Assembly: GCA_000004985.1 (NCBI GenBank)
Contig: GG738883.1
Reading direction: 5' to 3' (one strand)
Source: Naegleria gruberi
Taxonomy: Eukaryota
Length of the DNA: 64,000 nucleotides
Made by a program: the position numbers and the translations under genes. The notes under the pieces are model-generated. The model saw only the letters and a program-made list of their open reading frames with translations. It was not told where the DNA came from and did not search any database. Every line of letters begins with the position of its first letter. The first letter of the stretch is position 1. Shown in pieces: positions 11,554 to 24,796 of this stretch.

Positions 11554-12063
11554 TCCCTTAAACAATGTTATATTAGTGACCTTTCCACTCTCACCTGAGG
11601 TGCAGTCATTTAGGAGTGAAAATACAGTGGATACTTCTTTCGTTCCAACCTTTTACACAAAATTTCTCAATGAAACAAACAGCTCTTTGAATTCAAATGT
11701 ACCAATCTCCACATTCCTATCCAAATCATCGAATGTATTGAGAAAACCAAAGTACTATCCAGATAATGTTGAGATGATGTGAAATTCAGAGTTTCATCAA
11801 GTGAAATAGACACCAAAAATTTACTGATAACTACAAATTATTTAATATTTAACTGTAGTACGTATTGTTTTTGTAAACTTGCAATCACTCAATATGGAAA
11901 GGCTGGTCAATCGTACAATACATTAAATCTATGCTGGAATGTTTCTGTGAAAGTGATCTATTCCCTTCAGCTGTCACTTTATGAAGATGCTTGAGTATTA
12001 TTTTGAACAAGCAAGTCAACAAAGCGTTAGTCTCACAAACTATTGCGCTACTATCGTGAAAAA

Positions 12064-13789
12064 ATGCTCAAATTGACAATTGGCAGTTTGTTGTTGCTTG
12101 CCATCTTTGTTTGCACAGTATCTCTTTGTGAAGCAAAGACTGTATCGCTCAGACATTCTCATCATAAAGATGGAGCTTTAACTATCATTATTGATATGGG
12201 TGGAGAAGGTAAAAAGTCAAAGGAAACAAAAGAAACTAAAACCAAAGAAACTAAAGAAACTGAAGAAACTAAACCAAAGTTGGACGATACTACAAAGGAC
12301 ATTGTAGCACAAGTTTCAAAGGCCATCTCCAAGGAAGAAGAAAAGAAACTCGCCGAATCCTTGTTGACTCTTGGTAATGAGCTCACCCAAGTAAGTTATT
12401 TTCTATTTCACACCAATTATAATAATAACTATGGAAATTTAACCGCAATGTATAAATGTACATGTTATCCAACCACCACCAAACAACAACAACAACAACA
12501 ATAATTGGTCATCATGACGCGATTCTAATTTTCATGTGAACAAATAGATTGCCAAGTTAATTCCTGGAAAGGACAGTGAACAAAAATTATTGAGAGATCA
12601 ACTCTTGTCTGTTGCCAGTGAAATGGCAAAGGAAGCTGAAAAACCTTCCTTCATGATCTTGCAATCCTCCATGGCTATGGTCGTTCAAGATAAACAAAAT
12701 CAACAAAATGCTGCAGCTGACAGTAGTAGTAGTAGTAGTGGAGCCCAAACCATGTTTATTGGTGCTGCTATTGAAGGTCTCAGTCTTGGAATGAATGCCA
12801 TTGATGGTATTGGTACCTATTCTACATCTGTTAGTAAGATTGGTCAATGGGTTAAAGGAAAGGCTGCTGATAAGTTGGATAAGTGGGGTTTACAATCTGC
12901 TGCTAGCATTGCTAGAAATACTGGTAAATCAATCGATGGTTTTGCTCAAAAGGTTGCTCCATACGAAACTAAACTTGCTGCCAAGATTGCTCCAGTTGTC
13001 AAGTCAAAGACTTTCCAAGGAATTAAAAGAGTTGCCAACGTTGTTGGTGGAGCTCTTTCTATTCATGCTGGTGTCAAATTCTTGGGTATGAGTGCTGCCA
13101 CTAAATTGCCAAAGACTTTCAGTGCTATCAAGTCAAGCATTACTAAAGCTGCCAAGGTTGTTGCTAATAAGGGTGGAATTGTTAGAAAGATTGCTGCTAC
13201 TGGTCTTAAGGCAAAGAAGGCTGCCACTCAATCATTGAATCAATTCTCCACTTTCAGAAAAGTTAATGCTGCTGTCAAAGCTTCAAAGGCTGCTAAGGCT
13301 GCCAAGAATGTTGGACATGCTGCTCATGCTCACTCCAAGTTTAAGACTGCTGTCCATCATGCTCATGCAGGATATGAAATTTATTCTGGTTCTTCCCATG
13401 TTAAACACGGTCTTCTTGGTCATCATGGTGGTGGACACGGATCAAGTGGTCATGGTTCAAGCGGTCATGGTTCAAGTGGACATGGATCTTCATCTGGACA
13501 CGGAGCTTCCTCATCCAAACATGGAGCTTCTTCTGGACATGGATCTTCATCCTCAAGAAAATCATCTGGTCACAGTTCATCATCTTCAAGAAGTTCATCA
13601 TCCACCAGAAAATCAACTGGTAACTCTGGAAGTAGAACCTCAAGAACCTCATCAACAAGATCATCAAATTCTGGTAGATCATCCTCCACTTCTGGCAGAA
13701 GCAGTACTAGATCTTCATCATCATCTAGACAAACCAGAAGCAGCAACAGTTCAAGACAAACTACTACCAAAAGAAGAGGCGGCAAATAA
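12064..13789 (+). CDS. secreted low-complexity protein (KETKE repeats, Ala/Lys-rich core, GHGSS repeats, Ser/Arg-rich tail); join(12064..12390,12548..13789)
   Basis: Signal peptide MLKLTIGSLLLLAIFVCTVSLCEA. Exon 1 ends ...GNELTQ at a GTAAGT donor (12391). A 157-nt intron ends AAATAG (12547). Exon 2 is in phase and runs to the TAA at 13787-13789. Unspliced readthrough stops 38 codons downstream of the donor (TAA at 12502-12504). Confidence 0.65.
12220..12290 (+). repeat. tandem 9-nt repeat (AAAGAAACT-like) encoding KETKETKETEETK
   Basis: Direct inspection of 12221-12290. Confidence 0.7.
13420..13520 (+). repeat. tandem 15-nt repeat encoding (GHGSS)n
   Basis: ggtcatggttcaagc / ggtcatggttcaagt / ggacatggatcttca units. 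Confidence 0.7.
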
Positions 13790-14221
13790 TCAATCCTAAA
13801 GATTTAGGAGAACAATAAAGCCTTAGTGTATGTCATCAATATTTTGTAAAATTTTAAAAAAAATCGTAAATAATTCTCATGGTTAAAGGCGCGTAAAATA
13901 TTAAGCAACTCTTTTCAATATTGATGATGTATTATTGTGTGGATGAACGAAGAATAAAAAGATTCACTATTAGGAGTATTATTAAAAACACTTGTTGATG
14001 AATTATAATTTAAATATTAATTAATATTAAAATTGCTCATCATGTGAAGATAACAGTATTTTCGGAATCATACCAAAACTCTCACTTTGGATGGCAAATC
14101 TTTCTCATCACAAAACATCACAGTGTGTCGCATTGAATGAATATCGAAGAGGAAAATTCTTCAACAATTATTGAAAAGCTCTTGACAAGTTGAAAAAAAT
14201 TAGATTGACAAGTGAAACGAC

Positions 14222-17200
14222 ATGTCCTTCTCTTTCAAACGATCAAATTCACTACATTCCCAACATTCTCGGAACAACCTTGCTTTTGTTCCAACTGCAT
14301 CATCAAAACACTATCTTTCTCTCTCACCTAAAATACATTTGTGGAATAGCTCGATTGATCATCAAACCATTGATGTTTTCAATTTATTTTCTTTACAAAA
14401 TGTTCTGACAGATACAAATCTTGTTCATAAAACACTTTCCGAATTAAAAGTTGGAAAGAAAATCAAGTGTCTTCGATTGGGAAATTATGATATTACTCAA
14501 CTGAAAAATTCAGGAGAGAACATTTCACCAACAAGACAAATTCCACCTCCAATGACTTCAAATTCTAATATAATGTCGAGTCATTCTATTAATTCAATTC
14601 AACAAGGTCAAAATTCAACGACCACTTCTTTGGATTTATCATCAAAATTTGCAAATTTTCTAAAAAAGAAGAAATTTAAAGAATATTATTGGATTTTAAA
14701 TGATAATGAGAATGTGATAGAGATTAAAGATTCGAAAAGGAAGAAATTGAAACATTCCAGTATGTTTTTTTAAAATCAACAAATTTATTTATTATTATTT
14801 ATTTGTTATTATAATGAAAATTTAAATAATATTATTATTTATTTATTTATAATTTACAAAATATTTAATTGAACAGTTTTCATTGCGGATATTTTACGAA
14901 TTGAACATCCAGCACTCTTTTCATCAGCTTATTCATCTTCCGATCATGATAACTCTGATTTTACCATGACCATCATCTTTTCCTCTGGTAAATTGAGAAG
15001 TAAGAGTGTTGCCTTCATTCATGAGAGGATTGATTTGGTAATTGGAACACAAACCGATTTCTATGTCTTTTTAGCATTGATTAACTATTTAATGTGTCGA
15101 GCCGATATGAAATCATTGAAAGATCCAACAAGTTTACAAATTTTGAAATGTTGGATTGGAACAGAGGTTGATGGTGATGGTAATTTGGATATTAAGGAAT
15201 TGGCCAAGTTATTGAACAGGATTAATTTGGAATTTCCTGTTAAAACTTTGAGACAGTATGTGTTTTAATAGTATTAATTGATTTTTACTATTGTTTTAAT
15301 AATTTTGTAATTAATTTTTTTGTAATAGAATTTACAAACAAGCAGATACTGATGGAACTGGTTATTTAGAATATGATGAATTTAGAGAATTGTACTATTC
15401 ACTGATTAGAAATGAAGAAATCGAGGAATATATTTATAGGAATTATGCCAACAATCAACAATTAATATTCAAGGAGGATTTTATAGAGTTTTTACAAGAT
15501 CAATTAAATGGAACTATTCTAGTTGCACCAGAATGGGTCGATACCATATTCAACAGATATAATGCCAAAACATTGGACAATAATATTGGACTCTCGTGTC
15601 ATGATTTTACTCGTTTTCTACTTTCAGCACATGATAACAATATCATTGATGAAAGTTTCAAAGTTTTGCATTCCAATGATATGAATCAACCATTGACTCA
15701 ATATTGGATTTCTTCTTCTCATAATACCTATTTGACAGGTCTTCAATGGAAGGGTGAGAGCTCTGTCGAACAGTACAGAGATGTCTTGCTGACTGGATGC
15801 AGATGTGTTGAATTGGATTGTTGGGATGGTCCAGTGGAGCCAATTATCTATCATGGAAGAACACTCACTTCCAAGATTTTATTCAGAGATGTCATTATCA
15901 TGATTAATCAGTATGCATTTGTTGCTTCAGAGTATCCACTCATTCTCTCATTAGAGGTTCACTGTAGTGAACCACAGCAGGAAATGATGGCCAAAATTAT
16001 GAGTGACATATTCGGAGGTACCTTGTTGAAATCATTCTTTGGACCTCAACAAACTGAATTGGATAAATTACCTAGCCCAAACGATTTGAAATACAAGATT
16101 ATTCTGAAAGGAAAGAAACATTCGAATACAAACGAACCAGAAGAGGTCGGTGGTGAGGATTCAGATGATGAACAGGAAGATGATAGTCTGAGTGTTACAT
16201 TTGATGAAATGATTACTACTTCTGGACCACCTAAATCTCCTCGAATGCCTTCAATCATTTCCGATAAGAATGTCAAGGATTTGAAAAAGAAAATTCCACC
16301 TAAGGATGTGAAACGAAAAGTTGCACAAGGACTTTCAGATATCATTGCTTGGTGTGGTATTTCATTCAAAGGAAAATTGAGCTTCCAATGTTGGCACATG
16401 CACAGTTTTGCAGAGGATAAATTTAGCAAAGTTGTGAGGAAGGATTTTGCTGGATTAGTGGAATATAACAAGAATCAATCATCTAGAATTTATCCAAAAG
16501 CCATGAGAGTTGACTCGAGCAATTATTGTCCTAATTTGGCTTGGGTTACAGGATGTCAAATGGCAGCTCTCAATTTCCAAACTCGTGACGAACATATGAG
16601 ATTTAATGAAGTGAAATTTTTAGAGAATGGCAAATGTGGATACATTTTGAAACCAGACTTTTTAAGACTTGCACATGTTCCATATCCATCTGAGGAAACT
16701 CACAAACCTACCTATTTCACACTTGCTGCCATTTGTGCACAAAATTTACCAAAACCTTCGACATATATTTCATCGACATCATCCAATTTACCAAAAGAAG
16801 TTTCAAATCCATTTGTCAAGATTCAAATACTAGGTATCTCTAAAGATTTATACGAAGAAAAGAGTGAAACAGTAATAGGAAATGGACTCATGCCAGCATT
16901 CAACAAGGTCTTCCACTTTACTGTTCTCTGTCCAGAAGTGGCCTTCCTGAAAGTTTCCATCTATGACAATAGAAAATCAGAAGTGAAATGCATTTGTGAA
17001 AATTATTTACCAGTCAAACATTTACGTCAAGGATTCAGAGCCATCCAAATGTTGGATCTTCACGCCAAACCAATTGAAGGTTGTACATTATTATGTGAAT
17101 TGAGAATGGATGAAAAACATCATCCAATGATGGTTGTACCATCCTCATCTATGGAATATTTAGGAAATGATGCTTTGAGACTTCCATCCATGTCTCAAAC

Positions 17201-17429
17201 TTTACAAAGTTCAAACACAAATAGTCCAATCAATCTATTTGCTCAATTAATGAATAATCAAGAAAGAAACGAAAGAACTTCCCAAGGAAGTAGTCAATCA
17301 GGAGACATGACACCAATTACCTTGGAGATTAGTGAACCTTTAGAAGAGGATGCCAACTCACCAGTTCCTTCCTCCTTTACCATTGCAAAGAGATTATCTG
17401 ATTGTGATTTGGAAAGTTTGAATAAATAA
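14222..17429 (+). CDS. phosphoinositide-specific phospholipase C, delta-like (PH, EF-hands, X, Y, C2); join(14222..14759,14877..15255,15329..17429)
   Basis: Exon 3 has the PI-PLC X box ([58 protein letters not shown]...LILSLEVHC), the Y box ([32 protein letters not shown]) and a C2-like tail. Exon 2 encodes EF-hands ([15 protein letters not shown]; [13 protein letters not shown], which spans intron 2). Exon 1 is a PH-like N-terminus. Both introns have GTATGT donors (14760, 15256) and AG acceptors (14876, 15328). Phases close correctly (538+379+2101 nt). Confidence 0.85.
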
Positions 17430-17915
17430 CTTTTTTCCATAATAGAAGAACCATTTGTTATTCGTCTTCTTGATTCCCTGTTAACATCAAAAGACATTAC
17501 AATAACTTGAACAAAGTATTATACTTTGTATCTGATCATTGGTTTTGGAGAGCACAATAAAAAAGAGCCTTAATATCTTCTCTATCTTGTCTTCTTTCTT
17601 CTTTTCTTTTTTCTTCTTCAGCTCTTTTTTCCTCAACTTTTTTGCCATCTTTCACATTGCCAACCCAAACAAGTATCATCCCACCACAACTTGTTCACAA
17701 CCCCCATATCAACCACACATTAACTGTTGACTGAGTCTTAACTGGAATTAACACAACTGTGAGAACTGACAGCATTATTCACCAACATAATTATTATACT
17801 GATTGAGAATTTACAATTTTTGTAAAGTGCAAAGACTATTTTGGTCATTTCTAATCTGTTCAAGATTCGTCAAGCGTCTATTGAAAAAGATCCTTTTCGG
17901 ATCAAATTAAAAAAA

Positions 17916-18443
17916 ATGTCTACAGATCAACCAGCTGGATTTAAACTCAGTGATTTACTTTCCGTTTTGGACAAGGATCAACTCTTCAAATTATTCGAAA
18001 CTATCAAAAACGAATATCTGCCACCAATCAACAAATTTAAAGAATTACAAACAGAAAAGAAAGTTAATGCCCAATCAATTTATCAATTAATACTTGATCA
18101 TTTGAATTTATTATTGATCACTTGGATGATGATCTTTTCCATCTTGTCAATTGTCTTACCACAAGTCATTCAATTTTTCTTGACATTTACAACACATAGT
18201 TTTGTCAATGAATGGATCAGAATTTGTGGTGTGTTCACTTTCCCAATCACTTTGCTCTTTATTTTGTTTTACAAATCACAAAATGCTGAAATTCAAAGAG
18301 ATTTGGCAATTACAATGGCTGTTGTAAACTTTGTCATTGCACTTGTGTTGCTTATTTATTTAAAGGTTGGAATGTCGTTGATTGTAGGATTGTTGAGTGC
18401 TGGTTTTGGAGTTTTATTCCTCAAGAAGGCAAATATTTTTTAA
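17916..18443 (+). CDS. small 4-TM membrane protein, unknown function
   Basis: ATG at 17916 inside ORF 17841..18443. Hydrophobic helices in the C-terminal two thirds. Confidence 0.4.
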   Translation: MSTDQPAGFKLSDLLSVLDKDQLFKLFETIKNEYLPPINKFKELQTEKKVNAQSIYQLILDHLNLLLITWMMIFSILSIVLPQVIQFFLTFTTHSFVNEWIRICGVFTFPITLLFILFYKSQNAEIQRDLAITMAVVNFVIALVLLIYLKVGMSLIVGLLSAGFGVLFLKKANIF

Positions 18444-18608
18444 AAGTAAACTTTAAATTTATTCGAAACTGTTTATTATTTTATTAAACGATCTGACTAT
18501 TCCATGTTGTGAACTACATCTGATTTGCAAATAACAACTTTTTTGGAACTAAAATATGGAATCAATACAAAGATAGTGTTAATAATTATGAAATTTAAAT
18601 TCAAAATT

Positions 18609-20413
18609 TTACTCTTCCTTTTCTTCTTCAACTTCTTGTTCAACTTCTTCTTCCTTATTTTCAGAAGATTCATCAAGCTTAATTTCTTCTTCAGTGGATT
18701 CCTTCTTTTCAGTCTTCTTGACCTTCTTGGAAGTTTCATCGTCGCCACCTCTCATCAACAACCAAATTGGAACAGTTGAGACAATAACGAGAACAATTGT
18801 ACCAGCAATGACTGGAATTGGATAGTCATTGAAGAGTTGGTGAATTTGAACCAAAATTTGTTTGAAAAAATCAGAATCTGGCTTATTTTCCTCTTGAATC
18901 TTCTTCAACTTTTCAGTTTCAATAGCGTGCTTCTTAGCCCAAGTCTTTTCAGCATAATCAGCAGCAACTTCCTCATCGTGAGCAATGATAAAGTTATCAA
19001 AGAAGGTATTTTGTTGCATGGTCCAGATTTCAATAAAAACAGCACCAATCTTTCCAGAGAGATTTGATGGTTGCTTATCTTCAAAATAGTTTGGATTTGG
19101 AATTTGCTTTGGAGCCCAAACACCCTTATAAGCTGGATTCTTAATCTTTGGAGCAACCCATTTACCCTTGTAAGCTGGATTTTTAATCAATCTTGGTTGC
19201 CATTTTCCACAACCTTGAGTTTCACACTTCTTATTCTTAACAATTGGAGCTTCCCAAGTACCATCTTCGTCTTCATCCCATTCTTCTGGCATTTTAGCTT
19301 CTGGATCTGGAATCATGTCTGGTTCATTTTCTAACCAATCTTCTGGCATCTTATCTTCTGGATCTGGAATAAATTCTGGCAATGTTTCATCCCAATCTTC
19401 TGGCTTACTAGCTTCTGGATCATCCATTAATTCTTCATCAACCCAATCGAGTGGCTTCTTATCAGTTGGATCATCAATTTCCTTTGGTGGAATAACAGAT
19501 GGAGAGAATTCTTCAAACAAGCTTCCATTTCTAGCAGTTTGTTGATCAATCTTGATTTCAAAAGTATTGTCCTTTCTAATAATGAGAGTGTACAAGTGAG
19601 ACAATTCATCATTCTTAATAGTTGGAGCATTAGTCAAGTGTTTTTCTTCCCATGTTTGATTCTTTGGATTAAAGTGACGGAAGATAAAGTGAACCTTATT
19701 GGTTGTACCACACATATCTGGACCGAACATAATGACATACTATTTAATATTACAATAATAATAGATTATAACAATAATTATGTGATGATAAATAATTATA
19801 ATTAATAGTAATAGGAGGATGTTGATAAGATGATGTTATTGTTGTTAATCCATAAAGTGTTACGATCATGATGAATATTGTTAATATTGTTAATAATTAT
19901 TGTGATGATTAAATTTGAGATGAGATGAAAATAAAAACAAACCTCGGAATCATTATTCAAAGTAGCCATATCAAGTTCTTCTCCTTCCTTTTCCAACAAT
20001 AATTTCAAATAAGCACCTCCACATGATAATTTAGAATCAAATTTAACTTCATATTGAATAATCAAATCCTTGTTTTCATTATCAATGGATGGAGAAATCT
20101 TGGAAGCAACACCAAAATGTTGACCGGCGTTCTTCATCAAGATACCATGATCACCAGAGAAGGCCAAAACATTTCCAGTAGCTTCAGTCCATTCAACTTG
20201 TTGTGTAGCATATTTAGAGTCCTGGCTTTTAACCCATTTACCAGAAACGAATGGATTTTGATTAAAATTATCAAAGAAGAGAACTTTAGAGGAAGGTCTT
20301 GGAGCAGAATATTGTTTTTGATTCAAGCTCAAGTCATCATCCGATGATCCGAGAACAATACTAATCAGCAGACAAGACACAAGCAAGGCAACAAGTAATT
20401 TTGTGTTTTGCAT
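18609..20413 (-). CDS. calnexin (ER lectin chaperone); complement(join(18609..19739,19943..20413))
   Basis: Exon 1 has a signal peptide and the lectin-domain N-terminus. Donor GAG|GTTTGT, then a 203-nt intron with acceptor AAATAG. Exon 2 begins [20 protein letters not shown] (calnexin/calreticulin hallmark). It then has the proline-rich P-domain repeats (KPEDWDE..., two copies of IKNPAYKG.W), a C-terminal TM helix ([21 protein letters not shown]) and an acidic KEE-rich tail. Confidence 0.85.
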
Positions 20414-20565
20414 TCTTGCAATTTTTTTTTAAAATTAAAAAACTTTGTGATGATGAAAATTTCGGAATTGCAAAAATTTCCGATTCTTGCCAACAAGAAG
20501 GAAATTATGAAGAAGTGAATGAAACTCTGATGTTTGAATGAATGATGTACCAAAAGAATGATTTT

Positions 20566-22570
20566 TTATTCAGTCTTGAGCTTTTGATTTTGAATTTTGA
20601 CAGTATCAAACCAATCTCCAAACATATTTCTATGTAAAATAAGAGAGGAAGTCATGAGTGAGGTGATCATAGCAGAGGCAACTCCATTCGTCAACAAGTC
20701 TTGACCTACCATGTAGAAACCTTCAATTGGAGTGTTAGGTCTAGAGATTTGAATATTTTCGAGCTTGGATTTGTCTGGATTTTGTCCATAAGCTTCACCG
20801 AATTGAGCTCCCAAATAATGTTTGACTGTGAGTGGTGTGGAACCATCCAAAACATCACATGGAACATTCTTCAAATGAGGGAATGCAGAGTAGAATAATT
20901 GCATGGCTCTGTCAGTGTGCATCTTTTTCAAATCATTGTATCCTGAGCCACGTTTCTTAACTCTTTGATGTTCCCATTCTTTGAACCATTCATAATTGGT
21001 GGAGAAACAGAAGGTAATATAAGTACCACCACTCTTTGGATGTTCCTTAATGGAACAGTATAATAAATTAATATCAACTCCATCCTTTGGAGAAATGACG
21101 CCATCAGAGTTGTGGAATCTATCGTGTTGAGCATTGACATCGTCACTAGTTACAATCCAAGTGTTTTGATACTTTAAACCCAATTCCTTGAGGGACTTTT
21201 TGTAACCTAAAAAGACACAACTCAATTGAGCAGATGGCTTGTAATCTTTGAGGTAATCCTTCATGCCATACTTTTCCAAATCACTAGGTGTGATCATCTT
21301 GTTGAATGTATTGTAATTACCAGCATTGGAAATAATAATTGGAGCATTGATAGTGAGATCATTTTCCAATTTAACACCAACAGCCTTTCCTTTCTTGATG
21401 ATAATAGAATTGACCTTCGCCTTTGTCAAAACATCACCTCCACTCTTTCTGATAACCTTAATCATACTCTCCACAATATCCAAAGCTCCCTTAGTTGGGA
21501 AATAGCTACCTTCCATATAGTGTGACTTGATTTGCGAGTGAACAAAGAGTGGACAATCCTTTGGTTTCACACCATAATCCAAATAGAAATAACACAAACA
21601 AGTTTGCAAGAGTTTGTTTGATGTAACACTATCCAACACTGATTGTAAATTAGTATCCAATAAATTCATGAATTTTGGAGAAATGAAACGTTTAAACAAA
21701 TTGACAATCCACAATGGCATACTTCTCATTAAGGTTGATGAAGCTCTCGATGCCAAAATATCCTCAGCACTTTGATCATAAATCTTCAAATACTTTTCAA
21801 TGGCCTCCTTTTCAGTTGGGAATGCATCTTTCAATGCCTTCTCATAGGCCTTTCTTCCTTTCGGAACTGAAAATGTTTTCAAAATATTGTCATCTCCATT
21901 CTTTGTATCCAAAATCACAACCTTATCATATTCATTACTATCCAATTCAGTCATGGCAATATTCTTATCACACAATATATCCAGCAATACTTTCAGATCT
22001 TGTCCTTCTCCAACTCCACCAATGTAATGTAAACCAGCTTCATATGGGAATTTAACTTCTGATCCACCTCTTCCGAATGTGTGAATTGAACCTCCTGCTG
22101 CTTTGTGTTGTTCCAAAACGAGTACTTTCTTTCCAGCCTTTGCTAAAATTGATCCTATTAATTATTTAATTAAATATATTAAATATATTAATCATTATTC
22201 AATAATTATATAATTATCAAAATAACACAATGTGATGACAATGTTAATAATTAATAATCATTGATTAATACAAACCTGTTGATAATCCACCAATTCCAGA
22301 ACCAATAATAATAACATCCAATTCACCCAATTCTTTCAAAGCCTTCTCCGAGAATACATTCTTTGCAATCTTCTTCTTTTCTACACCTGATGATGATGAT
22401 GAGGCAGCAACATCACTTTCAACAGTTTTGTATTGTGGATTCTGGAAGATATTAATCTCCAATCTATTCTTGATAAATACTTGATAAAACCATTGAATAA
22501 GAGAAAAGAGGAGAGTAGCTAGAAAACCTCCCAAAATAATCAAAATTCCATACAAAATATATTCAATCAT
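20566..22570 (-). CDS. FAD-dependent oxidoreductase, all-trans-retinol 13,14-reductase / carotenoid isomerase-like; complement(join(20566..22154,22276..22570))
   Basis: Exon 1 carries a TM segment and the dinucleotide-binding motif DVIIIGSGIGGLSTG. Donor ACAG|GTTTGT, then a 121-nt intron with acceptor TTAATAG. Exon 2 continues GSILAKAGKKVLVLEQHKAAGGS..., the second half of the Rossmann motif. Overall similarity to RetSat/CrtISO-family amine-oxidase-like flavoproteins. Confidence 0.7.
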
Positions 22571-22897
22571 ATTAGATGATGCTATCTTTCAATAATATTA
22601 AATAAATATTAAATATATTAAATATTTTAACAATGAAGAAGTATTCAATTGTTTATATTTTTTTCTATTTGAATGTCATATAGCAAACGATCAGTATTGT
22701 TGATTTTTATATTGAATATTGAAGGTGAACCTTGTAAATTATTAAACTTGATGATAAAGGGGTCGCAGTAATTGATGGACTTTTTGCTTTTTGAAAAGTG
22801 CGCATTAATTGGATTGTAAAGTTGTTGATGAGGTCAATTAAGGAAAAAGAAATGGAGTCCATGAGGAGGAGTTTTTGTGGATTTATTGTTATTATGT

Positions 22898-24796
22898 CTA
22901 TAATTGTTTGTTAGAGTTTCGTCTTCTTGTTGTGAGGAAACAACAATATTGGAAAGTGATGGAAAGTATTGGAATTACAAGAGAAAGGATAAATGGGAGA
23001 GGAATATTGAGTTGAATGTACCATGGAAGTAGTGTGGAAATATCTCGAGTGTGTTGATCGAAATTATCAAAAGCTACCTCAATAACAATTTCTCCAGCTG
23101 TTAAAACATTATTCGAAAGCAATTCGCTTATATTCGAAAGTGAATCTCCCAAACTTTGAATGGTTGAAATACTCAACTTGGCTGCATTCAAATTATTCCT
23201 CTTAATCTCCCTCATCCTCTTCTTAATTTCCATTTTTGAGGAAATGACACTTTTCAAACTCTTGGAAAATGATTTTTCATTTCGTTCGAAAATATCTTCA
23301 GAAATTACAAATCCAAGTCCAAAATCTTCACATCTAATAGAATTGGCGAATTGATCTCCAAATATTGGGAATGTCAAGACCGGAACTTGGTTGTCAATTG
23401 CTTCGACGAGTGAATGACATCCGGCATGTGTTACAAAAGCAACAATTGATGGATGGGAAAGAATTAATCCCTGATTGACCCAGGTTTGGAAGAGAACTTT
23501 CTTGGCCATGGATTCTGGTAATTTCAAATCAGAATATCCTTCATGAACACAAATTACATGAATATTCTCATCTGTTCTAATTGTAAAATTCAAAATGGTT
23601 GTCATGTGTTCGTTTGAGAATTCCAATTTAGTTCCAAATGCAATATAGACAATAGAGATATTTCTTTCCAATTTTTCATCTAACCATCTAGTCATCTCCT
23701 GATCAGATAAATTATCATCCTTATTCTTCTCATAGAGTACAAAGTTTTCCTCTCCTAATTTATCACTAAATAAATTTGGTTTTCCAATGAGTTTGTGATT
23801 CTTCTTTGCTGTCGATTTATATCCAACAAATCTGTTATTATGAGAGATTGGATAGCTGTAATCTAAAACTCCAGGACTTGTAAAATGAATGAAAATCTTT
23901 TCAGAGCTAGTGAATAAAATTTCATACTTTTCACTCATGTTGTGAGCTCTTCTGATTGAGTTCAATTCTCCAACAGATTTAATTCCTTGTAAGAGTAATC
24001 TTCCTTGGATGTAAATTTCCTCATAGAGACGTGTCAATAAATACTTGGAAATTCCTTCTTCCTGATAAATTGAAGTGAGCTTTGTGAAACTTGTTGTGGT
24101 GAATGGAAATCTTGCAATAAATTGAGGAATATTTTGATTGAAAATGACAGATGGCAAGATATTGACAATTACAAAGTTCAATCCTTCTCTTTGTGCATAA
24201 TCAATTGCAGAATGAGCTGTCATGTCAATCACAAACAAAATGTCGTGTGGTCTCTTTTCTTTGATTAATCTCAATTCAGAATCTTGAGCAAGCATTCCAT
24301 CAATTGATTGAATAATAATCGAATAGGCAACTGACAATACATCAATTCCAATTACATATCTTTCCATCTTACTAGTTTCAGATTTTCTATACGAATCCAT
24401 TTTCTTCAATTTATCTTTCAACTCGGAATCTTTTACATTAATATAAATTGGAGTGAAATATTGTTCATGATCAAAGAATTCACTCTTACTATTATTTGCA
24501 ATTTCTTCAACCACACCATTCCATATTGGGAATGTCAACAATTTAATTTGTGAAACAGTAAAACCTTGACATTTGGCATTCATCAACAAACTTGTAGCTT
24601 TGGCAACATCTGCCAAACCTCTAATATGAGAACTATCCGGAAGTGGAATAAATACAAATTGTTTGTGCGTGCAATCTTGTTCAGAAATTAAATTTTCCTT
24701 CATGGCAAAAGTTTGCAACATGTTGAAGAAAATCGTTGTGATGATGACGAGGAGCAATCTAGATTGCATCCTTCCCGCGACGAGTTTCGTGTCCAT
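22898..24796 (-). CDS. UDP-glycosyltransferase (UGT family 1-like) with C-terminal TM anchor
   Basis: UGT signature FVTHAGCHSLVEAIDNQVPVLTFPIFGDQFANSIRCEDFGLG. N-terminal signal peptide (MQSRLLLVIITTIFF) and a C-terminal TM helix. The ORF track extends to 24904, but the ATG at 24796 or 24769 more likely starts the signal peptide. Confidence 0.8.
   Translation of the reverse strand: MDTKLVAGRMQSRLLLVIITTIFFNMLQTFAMKENLISEQDCTHKQFVFIPLPDSSHIRGLADVAKATSLLMNAKCQGFTVSQIKLLTFPIWNGVVEEIANNSKSEFFDHEQYFTPIYINVKDSELKDKLKKMDSYRKSETSKMERYVIGIDVLSVAYSIIIQSIDGMLAQDSELRLIKEKRPHDILFVIDMTAHSAIDYAQREGLNFVIVNILPSVIFNQNIPQFIARFPFTTTSFTKLTSIYQEEGISKYLLTRLYEEIYIQGRLLLQGIKSVGELNSIRRAHNMSEKYEILFTSSEKIFIHFTSPGVLDYSYPISHNNRFVGYKSTAKKNHKLIGKPNLFSDKLGEENFVLYEKNKDDNLSDQEMTRWLDEKLERNISIVYIAFGTKLEFSNEHMTTILNFTIRTDENIHVICVHEGYSDLKLPESMAKKVLFQTWVNQGLILSHPSIVAFVTHAGCHSLVEAIDNQVPVLTFPIFGDQFANSIRCEDFGLGFVISEDIFERNEKSFSKSLKSVISSKMEIKKRMREIKRNNLNAAKLSISTIQSLGDSLSNISELLSNNVLTAGEIVIEVAFDNFDQHTRDISTLLPWYIQLNIPLPFILSLVIPILSITFQYCCFLTTRRRNSNKQL

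Noticed and set aside
11519-11994. Small ORFs 11519-11782 and 11779-11994 downstream of the F-box-like gene
   Set aside because: They have no motifs and are AT-rich. They could be 3' UTR or unrecognised terminal exons. Evidence is too weak to call.
13266-13799. ORFs 13266-13799 (+), 13401-13682 (-), 13570-13785 (-) inside the GHGSS/SR-rich region
   Set aside because: They are frame-shifted or antisense products of simple-sequence coding DNA belonging to the 12064-13789 gene.
18497-18779. ORFs 18497-18748 (-) and 18525-18779 (+) at the 3' end of calnexin
   Set aside because: Alternative frames of the AAG/GAA-rich acidic tail of calnexin. The calnexin frame is supported by domain continuity.
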